From a virus (taxonomy: Duplodnaviria; Caudoviricetes), in IMG/VR virus record IMGVR_UViG_3300025508_000012, positions 1,525 through 65,524 of that record: a DNA stretch of 64,000 nt. One strand, written 5' to 3'. Position 1 is the stretch's first letter; each line of letters begins with the position of its first letter. A program made the translations under genes and the position numbers. Below the pieces are notes generated by a model. The model saw only the letters and a program-made list of their open reading frames with translations, did not search any database and was not told the origin of the DNA. This document shows positions 37,771 through 46,518 of the stretch, piece after piece.

Positions 37771-39084
37771 GTGATGCACGATGAATTAATTAAATATGAG
37801 TTAGAAGCAGTTCTGCTTTCTAAATTACTTATGCACCCAGAGCTTTACTATCAAAACGCAGAAAAGCTGAACGTTAATATGTTTGACAATATGTTTCATA
37901 AAAGAATTTATGAACAGTTTTTGGTTATGCAATCAGAGCAAAAAGATATAGATTTATTGTCTATGTCTAATGCTCTTGGTTGTAGTCACGAAGAAAACAT
38001 ACAGCTTTCAAATGTATACACTTTTGATTCACAGTTTATTTCTGTTAAGTCAGCTATTGACTCATTGCATGAGCAAAGTCGTAAAAAGACAATGCATACG
38101 CTTATTACTGAAGCGCAAAATAAATACCTCAACGGAGAATCTACAGACGAAATAATTGCATTTATAAATAAAATGAATGCAAAAATGATGGTCGTTCAAG
38201 ATAGCGATGTTGCAGATATTAAATTGCAGATGAAAGAATTTTTGATAGACATTGATAAAAGGATAGCATCAGACGGTATTATAGGTGTAACAACAGGTTA
38301 TAAATCTCTTGATGAGTTTACTGGTGGTTGGCAAGGTACAGATCTTGTTATCATTGGTGCAGCCTCATCAATGGGTAAAACAAGTTTAGCATTGAATCTT
38401 GCATATAACGCAGTTAAGCATGCAGATGCACCTGCGCTTATATTTAGCTACGAAATGTCGGTAAATCAACTTATAATGCGTTTAGTTGCATTAGAGTCAG
38501 AGATACCAATACGTTGGATACAAAACGGTGAACTCAAAGATGAAGACATCAGACGAGTTCAACAGACAGCCAGCGATATAATAGAGCGAAAGATCTATAT
38601 CGATGAATGTAAGCAAACATCATTGAATTATTTAATTTCTAAAACTAGACAATATGTACACAGTTGCGGTATTAAGCTTGTGTTTGTTGACTACTTACAG
38701 CTTGTCACAGCGAGTACAGGATCAAAAGGAACCAGAGAGCAAGAAGTCTCAAAGGTTGCTAGGGCCCTCAAAAACCTCGCTAAAGAACTAAACATTACAA
38801 TTGTTGCTTTATCACAGCTCAATCGTGGTGTTGGTTTCAGAGCTGAAAGCAAGCCAACACTATCTGATCTGAGAGAATCAGGTGAAATAGAACAAGCAGC
38901 AGATGTAGTTGCATTAGTTTACAGGCCAGAATATTACGGTATCAATCAAGATGAAAACGGAGAGCCTACACAAGGCAAGGCACAGATTATCTTTGCCAAA
39001 GGACGTAACATCGGTGTTGGTACTGTTACGCTAAACTTTATTAGCGAACTGACTAAATTTAAGGAGAATACCTTAGATTTTTAA
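37771..39084 (+). CDS. dnaB: Replicative DNA helicase DnaB
   Basis: TTGY..LD..TGG, GAASSMGKT Walker A, FSYEM, VDYLQL, LSQLNR, SDLRESGEIEQAAD, KGRN. Confidence 0.95.
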   Translation: MMHDELIKYELEAVLLSKLLMHPELYYQNAEKLNVNMFDNMFHKRIYEQFLVMQSEQKDIDLLSMSNALGCSHEENIQLSNVYTFDSQFISVKSAIDSLHEQSRKKTMHTLITEAQNKYLNGESTDEIIAFINKMNAKMMVVQDSDVADIKLQMKEFLIDIDKRIASDGIIGVTTGYKSLDEFTGGWQGTDLVIIGAASSMGKTSLALNLAYNAVKHADAPALIFSYEMSVNQLIMRLVALESEIPIRWIQNGELKDEDIRRVQQTASDIIERKIYIDECKQTSLNYLISKTRQYVHSCGIKLVFVDYLQLVTASTGSKGTREQEVSKVARALKNLAKELNITIVALSQLNRGVGFRAESKPTLSDLRESGEIEQAADVVALVYRPEYYGINQDENGEPTQGKAQIIFAKGRNIGVGTVTLNFISELTKFKENTLDF

Positions 39085-39107
39085 GTATAATTTTAGTAAA
39101 TTTATAC

Positions 39108-39341
39108 GTGGCCAAACACACAAAACTAAGACAAATAATTGCAGAAATTGCACACGACTTAGGTATTGATAAGAAGCTTGTCAAACGAATACTCATTGCA
39201 GTATTTAGAGAAGTAGGCTTTGCTATTATACTAAGAGGTCGTCCTGTTATGTTCAGGAAATTTCTGAAGATCGTATTTGCGATACGTGCAGGTAAAAAGA
39301 CGCACGAAATGTTTAATAAATATGAAACACGAAAAAAGTAA
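39108..39341 (+). CDS. HU/IHF-like DNA-binding protein
   Basis: IIAEIAHDLGIDKKLVKRIL..VF.E...I..G.PV.FRKF resembles HU helices 1-2 and beta1. Confidence 0.6.
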   Translation: MAKHTKLRQIIAEIAHDLGIDKKLVKRILIAVFREVGFAIILRGRPVMFRKFLKIVFAIRAGKKTHEMFNKYETRKK

Positions 39342-39344
39342 ATT

Positions 39345-39851
39345 ATGGCAAAATTAAAAACAGTTAACATTAAAGGTAAAGAATACGTTGAGGTTAACGA
39401 AAGGCTAAAACATTTTAGATCTAACTTTAAAGGCTGGTGTCTAACATCAGATGTTGTAGATCTTACTGAAGATCGTTGTGTTATCAAAGCTACAATCTTT
39501 GATGAGAACGGAAACATACGCTCCACAGGACATGCGTATGAAAAAGAAGGTTCGTCCTTCATTAACAAAACAAGTTTTGTAGAAAACTGTGAAACATCAG
39601 CTTGGGGCCGTGCTCTTGCTAATTTAGGTATTGGCTTAGATACATCGGTTGCTTCTTATGAAGAGGTAGCTAACGCTGTAAAACAACAATCTGCACCAGC
39701 AGTTAAACCAGAGCTTGATGAAGATAAGTTTAACAACATGATCAAAGCTATTGAAGCTGGAAAAGGTGATGCTGTTAAGGCTAAAATGCCAAACTACGAC
39801 ATACCAGAACATATGTTGAAAGTATTAAATGATAATCTCAAATCCAAATAA
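39345..39851 (+). CDS. Single-strand annealing protein (Sak/Rad52-like)
   Basis: IKGKEYVEVNER...STGHA.E...ENCETSAWGRALANLGIG. Confidence 0.7.
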   Translation: MAKLKTVNIKGKEYVEVNERLKHFRSNFKGWCLTSDVVDLTEDRCVIKATIFDENGNIRSTGHAYEKEGSSFINKTSFVENCETSAWGRALANLGIGLDTSVASYEEVANAVKQQSAPAVKPELDEDKFNNMIKAIEAGKGDAVKAKMPNYDIPEHMLKVLNDNLKSK

Positions 39852-39853
39852 TT

Positions 39854-40441
39854 ATGAGTAATGTAATTGCATTTAACTTGGCTGGGTGCCAGGTAAAACC
39901 TACTAAAGTAGTAGAAAACAAAACATATTTTAAAGAAGGTGCTCACAGATGCCAAGTGTTGTCTGTGTCTAACTCTTCACAAAGACAAAACTATAATGGT
40001 GCGCCATATATAGAGTTTGATGTTGTAAACGCACAAGGTGAATATGGTAGAGCAAAGTTTTGGGCAGTCAGAGAAACTGATGCACCTAAGTCTGCTGAAT
40101 GGAAAAAGAATACACTACACGAGTTTCTTACAAACTGTGGTGTAAAAGACTTTTCTAATGATATTGAGTCTATTAAAGCAGCTGTAGGATCATGGGTAAA
40201 CATTTGTTTTACGTTTGAGGAATACATGACTGTGAAAGATGGACAGCCAGTAAAAAGAAAAGCTGTTCGTTATCGTTGGTCTAGTGCTGATGGTGCTAAA
40301 ATTAAATACGATCCTAAGTACAATAAGCCTATTTCACCACGAGATGAACAAGAGTTTATTGAAGCAAACACCATGAATGGTGGCTCTGTCGCACCAGTTA
40401 TCGGTAGTTTTGATGAAAAGGGTGATAATTTGCCATTCTAA
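39854..40441 (+). CDS. DUF669-like putative ssDNA-binding protein
   Basis: EG.H.CQV, beta-rich, acidic C-terminal tail DEKGDNLPF typical of SSBs; follows SSAP. Confidence 0.65.
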   Translation: MSNVIAFNLAGCQVKPTKVVENKTYFKEGAHRCQVLSVSNSSQRQNYNGAPYIEFDVVNAQGEYGRAKFWAVRETDAPKSAEWKKNTLHEFLTNCGVKDFSNDIESIKAAVGSWVNICFTFEEYMTVKDGQPVKRKAVRYRWSSADGAKIKYDPKYNKPISPRDEQEFIEANTMNGGSVAPVIGSFDEKGDNLPF

Positions 40442-40450
40442 ATAATTTCG

Positions 40451-40458
40451 TAGTTTTG
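40451..40458 (+). promoter_or_regulatory. TAnnTTTG -7 promoter element (TAGTTTTG)
   Basis: Consensus match 18 nt before ATG 40477. Confidence 0.55.
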
Positions 40459-40476
40459 TAAACCAAACACAAAATT

Positions 40477-40842
40477 ATGATCTTCATTCAAGGTAATGTA
40501 CCTTCAAGTAAAAACTCTAAACGTTGGACTGGTAAAATGCTTATCAATTCTAAGACGGTTATGAAGTACATTAAAGAAACCAAAAGTCAGTATGAGGAGA
40601 ATCGCATTAATTTTCAAGAGATGATAACAGGGTTAGAGTTCCCTGTTGTTGTTTCGTTTAAGTTTATACGCGGTTCTAAACATAAATTTGACTACATAAA
40701 TCCTGCACAAACTGTACAAGATCTTATGGTAAAAAATGGTTGGATAGAAGATGATAACTGTGATTTTATGATACCTACTTTTGTCGAGTATGAGTATAAC
40801 AAAGAAAATCCAGGAGTAGAAATAAATGTTTATGGAAGATAA
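40477..40842 (+). CDS. RusA-like Holliday junction resolvase
   Basis: G.VPSSKN...FDYINPAQTVQDLMVK.GWIEDDN...K.NPGVEI. Confidence 0.75.
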   Translation: MIFIQGNVPSSKNSKRWTGKMLINSKTVMKYIKETKSQYEENRINFQEMITGLEFPVVVSFKFIRGSKHKFDYINPAQTVQDLMVKNGWIEDDNCDFMIPTFVEYEYNKENPGVEINVYGR

Positions 40843-41287
40843 TACAATACCATTGATTGAGTTTTTAGACTCATACGTGGTAACTAACGACATTGATAGA
40901 AAAAAGTTTTTATCACCTAATAGATCTAGAGAAATAGTAGATGCACGAATGATATTCTGCGCTGTTGCTAGAAAAGAAGGTGGATATACATTAAAGCATA
41001 TAGGTCAGACTTTAAACAGAGATCATGCCACAGCTTTACATGCTATTAAAAACTATAAAATACTATCAACTGTAGATAAGAAAATCAAACAAGACTATAA
41101 TAAAGGTGTTACTTTATTTAGGACATTGTCATACAGACCACGCTGGACAAACGCTGGTTTGATAGATACATTATTCGTAAGCAATCAAAAGCTTAGAGAA
41201 ATGATCCAAATACGAGATGGTAAAATCTCTGTATACGAAGACAAGATACAGTCTTTGAAAAATGAATTAAAAACAATTACAAATTAA
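40826..41287 (+). CDS. DnaA C-terminal (domain IV) HTH protein with C-terminal coiled coil
   Basis: SPNRSREIVDARMIF...YTLKHIGQTLNRDHATALHAIK matches Bac_DnaA_C signature. Confidence 0.8.
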   Translation: MFMEDNTIPLIEFLDSYVVTNDIDRKKFLSPNRSREIVDARMIFCAVARKEGGYTLKHIGQTLNRDHATALHAIKNYKILSTVDKKIKQDYNKGVTLFRTLSYRPRWTNAGLIDTLFVSNQKLREMIQIRDGKISVYEDKIQSLKNELKTITN

Positions 41288-41289
41288 TT

Positions 41290-41622
41290 ATGTCAAAAAC
41301 ACAAAGAAAATCAATCAACATTGATGGCAAGGATGTAAAAGTATCCAACAAAATTTATGGTGTTATTCAAAACCTTACAGAGGCTTTGAAGCAGCATGAA
41401 GTAGCTTTGCTTACTTGGGTACACAAAGTCTTCAATGAAAAAACTGAGCATACTAAAGATGAAATATTGATACAACAATACTGTATGCAGATACCTGATG
41501 CACCAGGAATATTATCAAGAATGAGACAAATAGATGAAGAAGTTGCCAAGAAAGGATCTGATGAAAGCGCAAATCCAGTCGGAGATGCAGAGAATATCGG
41601 ATCTTCTGATACAGAAGAATAA
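41290..41622 (+). CDS. Hypothetical protein
   Basis: ORF track. Confidence 0.55.
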   Translation: MSKTQRKSINIDGKDVKVSNKIYGVIQNLTEALKQHEVALLTWVHKVFNEKTEHTKDEILIQQYCMQIPDAPGILSRMRQIDEEVAKKGSDESANPVGDAENIGSSDTEE

Positions 41623-41833
41623 CGCATACGGTAATTCTGCAACACAACCAGCTAAAATCTTTTCAAAAGGTGATGCGGTTGAAAGTATTAGCGCACGTAT
41701 TGACGATAAGTTGATGCGAATTGCTAATAGAGGTATTAACGAAAATACATTAGATACCGTGGATGATTTAATAGGATATTTGGTTCTGTTGAAAATTGCA
41801 TGGTATGAAAGAGAAATGCAAGATGGTAAATAA
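41561..41833 (+). CDS. DUF1599 / nucleotide-modification-associated domain 1 (Nmad1)-like protein
   Basis: LLIQKNNAYGNS...RIDDKLMRI...DTVDDLIGYLVL. Confidence 0.75.
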   Translation: MKAQIQSEMQRISDLLIQKNNAYGNSATQPAKIFSKGDAVESISARIDDKLMRIANRGINENTLDTVDDLIGYLVLLKIAWYEREMQDGK

Positions 41834-41834
41834 C

Positions 41835-41842
41835 TATCTTTG
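41835..41842 (+). promoter_or_regulatory. TAnnTTTG -7 promoter element (TATCTTTG)
   Basis: Consensus match right after the upstream stop. Confidence 0.7.
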
Positions 41843-41846
41843 CATA

Positions 41847-41925
41847 ATTCTTTGGACGTTCTGTCCTAGTGTTTTTCATAGTTTTGTTTGGTTGTGGTAT
41901 CCTGGTTAATAGCTGGGATACCCAT
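41847..41925 (+). ncRNA. Candidate sRNA (hairpin, U/G-rich single strand, hairpin)
   Basis: Promoter, GGAC/GTCC hairpin, GTTTTTCATAGTTTTGTTTGGTT, GGTATCCTGG/CTGGGATACC hairpin. Confidence 0.5.
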
Positions 41926-41935
41926 ATCTACACAA

Positions 41936-42265
41936 ATGGAAGAAATACAATATTGGCAAATAGATAAAATAGAATCTTTATTACAGTTATGTCCTTATGA
42001 CGATGATACAAAAGAATCTATTTATAACAACATTCCTGAAACAAGAGAAGAAGCTGATGAGCTTATAAAGCAACTCTGGTTTGATCACATACCACGTGAT
42101 CCTAGAGATCAATTTGACAAAATGATGAAAATGAATACATTAGTTAAAACAGATCATAAATACGAATACGTATGCAATGACTGTGGAGAAAACTGGATTA
42201 GCAGCAGCGAAGATACTCTTTGCACAAGCTGCTTAAGTCCCAATATAAAATCGTTAGATGATTAG
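41936..42265 (+). CDS. Protein with C-terminal zinc ribbon (likely start 41936 MEEIQY)
   Basis: CNDC...CTSC. Confidence 0.6.
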   Translation: MEEIQYWQIDKIESLLQLCPYDDDTKESIYNNIPETREEADELIKQLWFDHIPRDPRDQFDKMMKMNTLVKTDHKYEYVCNDCGENWISSSEDTLCTSCLSPNIKSLDD

Positions 42266-42539
42266 TAAACAAGACCAACAGGACATAGATTTAGTTTTAT
42301 GTATAGCAATGTTTAGATGCTTCAATGAACAATTATATACTTTAGTTGGTAAAGACTCTAAGATGGCTAAGAAAAAGTTTAATAGACTAATTAAAGTAGC
42401 TAAAATGTACGATGATGAGATTATTAGAAATGGTAATCACGATGACGACATAGATGTTATATATGACAAACTAATGGATATTATCATTGAAATGAAAGAA
42501 TTAATTATTAAAGAATATGACTTCGAAACAACACCGTAG
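42258..42539 (+). CDS. Hypothetical protein
   Basis: ORF track. Confidence 0.55.
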   Translation: MISKQDQQDIDLVLCIAMFRCFNEQLYTLVGKDSKMAKKKFNRLIKVAKMYDDEIIRNGNHDDDIDVIYDKLMDIIIEMKELIIKEYDFETTP

Positions 42540-42717
42540 ACTAGCGTCTAAATTGCTAACCAATGTATCACATTGGATGGAAAACTCATCTACAGATTAT
42601 GAATTAGTAGATTTAGAGAGAGCCTTAGACGAGGCAAAACAGCACTATGCAAATTATTTAGCTGTAAAAAACAACAACAAAGATCAAGTTGTCATTGAAA
42701 GAAAAAGTTATAAATAA
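42517..42717 (+). CDS. Hypothetical protein
   Basis: ORF track. Confidence 0.55.
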   Translation: MTSKQHRRLASKLLTNVSHWMENSSTDYELVDLERALDEAKQHYANYLAVKNNNKDQVVIERKSYK

Positions 42718-43109
42718 TGAGTAAAAATACAATAGTATTTGAAGGCGGTATAGACAATATAAGAACACTTGCCGACAACACAGTTAGAGTATCTCTAGGT
42801 ACTCCTGAATTATCACCTGAGATAGTAGGTAGTATGTATGGGATGCTAAAGCAACCAGGATACGTAGTTATATCTACAATGCCTATATCTCAAAAACAAT
42901 TAGACGCTGTGGAAACAGCTACAATTGATCGTGAGTTTGAAAATAAAACTCCATCACAAAGATTACGAAATGTATTGTACGTGCTATGGGAACAACAACA
43001 ACCTAAAGAGGTTATGCCTAATGGATCAACTCAATACATTGATTTTGATTTGTTTTACAAAAGAAAAATGAATGAATTTATTAAATTTGTAAAAGACAAA
43101 TTAGTCTAA
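42717..43109 (+). CDS. Conserved phage protein (KTPSQRLRNVLY motif)
   Basis: ORF track; TAATG coupling. Confidence 0.6.
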   Translation: MSKNTIVFEGGIDNIRTLADNTVRVSLGTPELSPEIVGSMYGMLKQPGYVVISTMPISQKQLDAVETATIDREFENKTPSQRLRNVLYVLWEQQQPKEVMPNGSTQYIDFDLFYKRKMNEFIKFVKDKLV

Positions 43110-43118
43110 AATATTTAT

Positions 43119-43126
43119 TATCTTTG
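43119..43126 (+). promoter_or_regulatory. TAnnTTTG -7 promoter element (TATCTTTG)
   Basis: Intergenic consensus match 20 nt before ATG 43147. Confidence 0.65.
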
Positions 43127-43146
43127 CACGCCAAAAATAACAGGTA

Positions 43147-43257
43147 ATGAAACATAATAAATATAAAAAATATACCATAATAGCAGAAGGCTTAGTAATG
43201 TATTTTGGTTTTCTTGCTATGATTTTATCAATTGCATATAATTTATTTATAAATTAA
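43147..43257 (+). CDS. 36-aa single-TM peptide (not in ORF track)
   Basis: MKHNKYKKYTIIAEGLVMYFGFLAMILSIAYNLFIN; TAATG coupling to next ORF. Confidence 0.55.
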   Translation: MKHNKYKKYTIIAEGLVMYFGFLAMILSIAYNLFIN

Positions 43258-43439
43258 TGAAAAAGAAAACACATAAACTATTAGAAAAAGCACATATGAT
43301 TATAAATAGTGCTACTGGTATTGACGTAACTAAAACAGCTAGAGAAAATGCTAAACGTGAAGCCAGAAAAATTTATAAACAGATCAAAGAAATTGATCCT
43401 AAAATATATAACGTATTAGAACCAGAAATAAATGAATAA
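43257..43439 (+). CDS. Small basic hypothetical protein, last plus-strand gene
   Basis: ORF track. Confidence 0.55.
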   Translation: MKKKTHKLLEKAHMIINSATGIDVTKTARENAKREARKIYKQIKEIDPKIYNVLEPEINE

Positions 43440-43456
43440 TATAATAGTTATCTGGC

Positions 43457-44749
43457 CTAATTTATAGGCACGTTATAATTAAGTTTAGCTTGTACCCCAT
43501 TGTTTATATTCCAAACAAATGCGCTAGCTTTCTTAATGTTACCTACATATCCTTTCATGTCGTGCCACTCATCGGTGGCCGACATACTGGATAAGTTTCT
43601 TACGGTTAAGCCGTTCAGCTCTTCTACCGCTTGCATCTTGTAAGATTTATTAGTATGATAGTGTCCTCTATGCACTTCTACATGAGCAACCTCACTCCAA
43701 ACATCTCTATATCTTTGAGATACAATACCTGGCAGATCATTTAACTTTGGGCCATCACCATGATCGTTAATGATCAAACACCTTCCATAATGATATGACT
43801 TCATCATAGACATAGAATTGTCTACTGATACATTGTCATCTTTTTCAAAAAACAACTCTAAAGCATCACCAATGTGCATCATTGATTCACGATCATGATT
43901 TCCTGGTATCACCATTACATGTACATCACTATACTCTTTTAACATATGTATACATTCTATTAGCAGTTTTCTACCTGCTCTATACATTTCCATATGTTTG
44001 TTCGTGTTAAACTGTGGTGTACCTCTTGTTGTGCTAGGCACAGGCCAATCACCATCTGCATTTAAAAAATCATTACCTACTACAAATAAAATTTGATTTA
44101 TATAAAAACCACTAGCTCTTTTAACTAAGTGTTCTAAAGCTTTTATCAATCTATATCTTGCTATATCAATACTGTACTCATCTCCTTCTATCCCTATCTT
44201 TCCTATATGTAGATCGCAAGCATTGATTTCTAAAAGATGTGCATCATCTTCTTTAAAACTAGATGGCCTTATTATATGATCATGTCTAGAATCAAAAAGA
44301 GGAACTAAGTCTTCGACCAATTCCTCTCTTATCTTTTGTATATTCATTGTAGGATCTATACGTTTTAACCAAGCTTTTGTCCTAAACATTGGTATCGTTA
44401 TAGGTTTTTTAGCTTTATCAAAACCTGTAACTTCATAGGTTCCTATATCGTATTTGTCAACTTCCCATACATTTAGATCTATACTGCATGCTTTTATAAG
44501 ATCATCTAAAGACTTTACCCTTCTGCTATCTTCACAAGTTATGGTAGCACCGTCTTTATTCTCTTCAAAGTTTGTTGTTTCTTTACTATGTTGTGGATTG
44601 ATTTTTTCTCTAAGTCTTCTTGCTATACCTCTTATAGCTTCGTAGTTAGTGTCAAATAATTTTGCTGTTTGTGCGTACTTAGAGTTTAGTAGTTCTGGAT
44701 TGGCTAAAAGATATTCTTCTATCTTTTTAGTATTGTTTCTTGATTTCAT
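43457..44749 (-). CDS. Calcineurin-like metallophosphoesterase with N-terminal HTH-like region
   Basis: DLH, GND, GNHD, HGD, GHYH motifs. Confidence 0.85.
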   Translation of the reverse strand: MKSRNNTKKIEEYLLANPELLNSKYAQTAKLFDTNYEAIRGIARRLREKINPQHSKETTNFEENKDGATITCEDSRRVKSLDDLIKACSIDLNVWEVDKYDIGTYEVTGFDKAKKPITIPMFRTKAWLKRIDPTMNIQKIREELVEDLVPLFDSRHDHIIRPSSFKEDDAHLLEINACDLHIGKIGIEGDEYSIDIARYRLIKALEHLVKRASGFYINQILFVVGNDFLNADGDWPVPSTTRGTPQFNTNKHMEMYRAGRKLLIECIHMLKEYSDVHVMVIPGNHDRESMMHIGDALELFFEKDDNVSVDNSMSMMKSYHYGRCLIINDHGDGPKLNDLPGIVSQRYRDVWSEVAHVEVHRGHYHTNKSYKMQAVEELNGLTVRNLSSMSATDEWHDMKGYVGNIKKASAFVWNINNGVQAKLNYNVPIN

Positions 44750-45000
44750 TGGAATATTTTTTCATCCTCATATTTTGGGCCATAGCCATGTTGAGTTTTT
44801 AGTTTTACGTTTACGGCTTTCAAGTTATACTTTTTTGTGCCCTTTCTCAACTTACCCAAAGCTCGACTTACCAACATTTCATTGTTAATAATGTCTTCAG
44901 ATGACATTCCTTTTACTATTACATCCTTGATTACATACCTGTAACCTTTTTTTGTTTCGAACGTCCAGTCAGACATCCAAATAGGTAACTTATTTTTCAT
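44746..45000 (-). CDS. Small basic hypothetical protein
   Basis: ORF track; ATGA coupling. Confidence 0.55.
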   Translation of the reverse strand: MKNKLPIWMSDWTFETKKGYRYVIKDVIVKGMSSEDIINNEMLVSRALGKLRKGTKKYNLKAVNVKLKTQHGYGPKYEDEKIFQ

Positions 45001-45001
45001 T

Positions 45002-45610
45002 TTATTTGATTACTGTAATATCTAAAGCTCCACTTGATATTGAATTTACTATCGCATATATAAAATACGGCCTGCTTTCAGATCTTGTAAATCCTGCTAA
45101 TAACCCTCCTGTCATTGCGCTTAGTGTTGTAGTGCCTTTTGCAGCTAGTTCTTTTTGATTTATAAGAAAAGCTGTGCTATCAGAATTATCTATGCTAGTA
45201 TTAAATTCTGATGTTGTTCTATTTTTTTCTGGTATGTTATCTATATCAAGAGTAGTAATTCTAAGATCAAATGTAATAGCATCAGTTCTGCTTGTATTAC
45301 AAAATATTATATCAGACAGTTTATCATTTTTTTTACCATCAAAAATAACTTTTCTTGTAGCTACAGTATCAAAAGGGTAGTTACGTAATATAAATACACC
45401 GCCAGACGATAGTTTTTGTTGCTGTATTCTACGTTGTACTCTACTTGTTTCGGTAATTTTAACAGGCGATGATGAGCTAGTTGGAGTTGTTGTGGTTGTA
45501 GTTGTTCCTGAGGTTCCGCCAAGATCAACAGCTTGTTTTACTTCTCTTTTCGGATCTCTTGGATCTTTAGAATATTTATCTTTAAAACCTTGTCTTCTTT
45601 CCTTACTCAT
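45002..45610 (-). CDS. Hypothetical, possibly structural, protein with Thr/Ser linker
   Basis: ORF track. Confidence 0.55.
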   Translation of the reverse strand: MSKERRQGFKDKYSKDPRDPKREVKQAVDLGGTSGTTTTTTTPTSSSSPVKITETSRVQRRIQQQKLSSGGVFILRNYPFDTVATRKVIFDGKKNDKLSDIIFCNTSRTDAITFDLRITTLDIDNIPEKNRTTSEFNTSIDNSDSTAFLINQKELAAKGTTTLSAMTGGLLAGFTRSESRPYFIYAIVNSISSGALDITVIK

Positions 45611-46073
45611 CGTAATCTTGGTAAGTAATTGTTACTTCCTCTCCGTTTTCTATGGCTTTTGCAATAGAAGGATAAATCCTTTTATACGCGTTAACACTCT
45701 TACCAATGAATCCATCAGGTAATAGTTGGTTGTTTTCTTGTGAGTCACCCACGAGCAAGCACCCAGCAGTATGTTCGTCAGTATTTCCAGTATGAATAAG
45801 TATATACTCAAAATTAGGAACATCGGTAACATGCAACATACCACGGTGTAAACCAGGATATTTTTTAGTATATCTTTCATGAAATCCCCCTTCTTTTCTT
45901 AGTTCTATTTTATATGTGCCAGCAGGTACACGTGTTTCTCCACGAACTTTTAATGCTCTTGCCTCATCTTCTAGAGTATAACACAAAAACTTTTTACCTA
46001 TGTCTGTATGTTCAAAAAGCAGACCATGTGTAGAGTCTGCTTCTGAACTAAATCTCAATACTATGAGTTTCAT
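45603..46073 (-). CDS. DUF5675 family L,D-peptidase-like protein (candidate endolysin)
   Basis: CYTLED...RVPAGTY...VPNFEYILIHTGNT..HTAGCLLVG (His-x-Cys). Confidence 0.8.
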   Translation of the reverse strand: MKLIVLRFSSEADSTHGLLFEHTDIGKKFLCYTLEDEARALKVRGETRVPAGTYKIELRKEGGFHERYTKKYPGLHRGMLHVTDVPNFEYILIHTGNTDEHTAGCLLVGDSQENNQLLPDGFIGKSVNAYKRIYPSIAKAIENGEEVTITYQDYDE

Positions 46074-46079
46074 ATGTTA

Positions 46080-46508
46080 TTAATCGTCAGATGCAATTCC
46101 TGTATCAGGACCATCACAAATTAAAAATTGTACTTTTTGTGCAGCTAATGTAGCAGCAAGATCTAAATTAGTTGAATTATCACCTGCTCCATCTATATGT
46201 ATAGGAGAAAACATGCATTCGCCTGGTTTAAGATCTGCAATTACATCACCATCTGGCTTTACAGCTACTGGATAATCTGTGTCTACATTTTTTATAAATG
46301 TAAAAATCATATCCTTATTGTGACTTGCTAAGTTAATTGTAGTGTCGCTTGTTCCGTTTGTTAAAATTTCACCTGTAGAAATTAACGCTGAATCAACAGT
46401 CGTGCTTGCAGTTGAAAATGAAGGTGAAAAACTAAGTACAGAATTACCATCTGAATCTACTAATGATAATGTACCTGATACTGTTACTGATAATGCTTGT
46501 GTTGCCAT
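46080..46508 (-). CDS. Small beta-rich structural protein
   Basis: FIKNVDT...LKPGE motif, paralog-like to 46519. Confidence 0.5.
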   Translation of the reverse strand: MATQALSVTVSGTLSLVDSDGNSVLSFSPSFSTASTTVDSALISTGEILTNGTSDTTINLASHNKDMIFTFIKNVDTDYPVAVKPDGDVIADLKPGECMFSPIHIDGAGDNSTNLDLAATLAAQKVQFLICDGPDTGIASDD

Positions 46509-46518
46509 GTTTTAATTA

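Noticed and set aside
42053-42075. Second hammerhead-like CTGATGA-GCTT-ATA-AAGC
   Set aside because: No GAAA core after stem II and it lies inside a CDS; other CTGANGA hits (30323, 41558) are also coding and lack stems
29100-43439. Integrase or lysogeny module
   Set aside because: No tyrosine or serine recombinase or repressor/antirepressor pair recognised; no flanking host genes in the window
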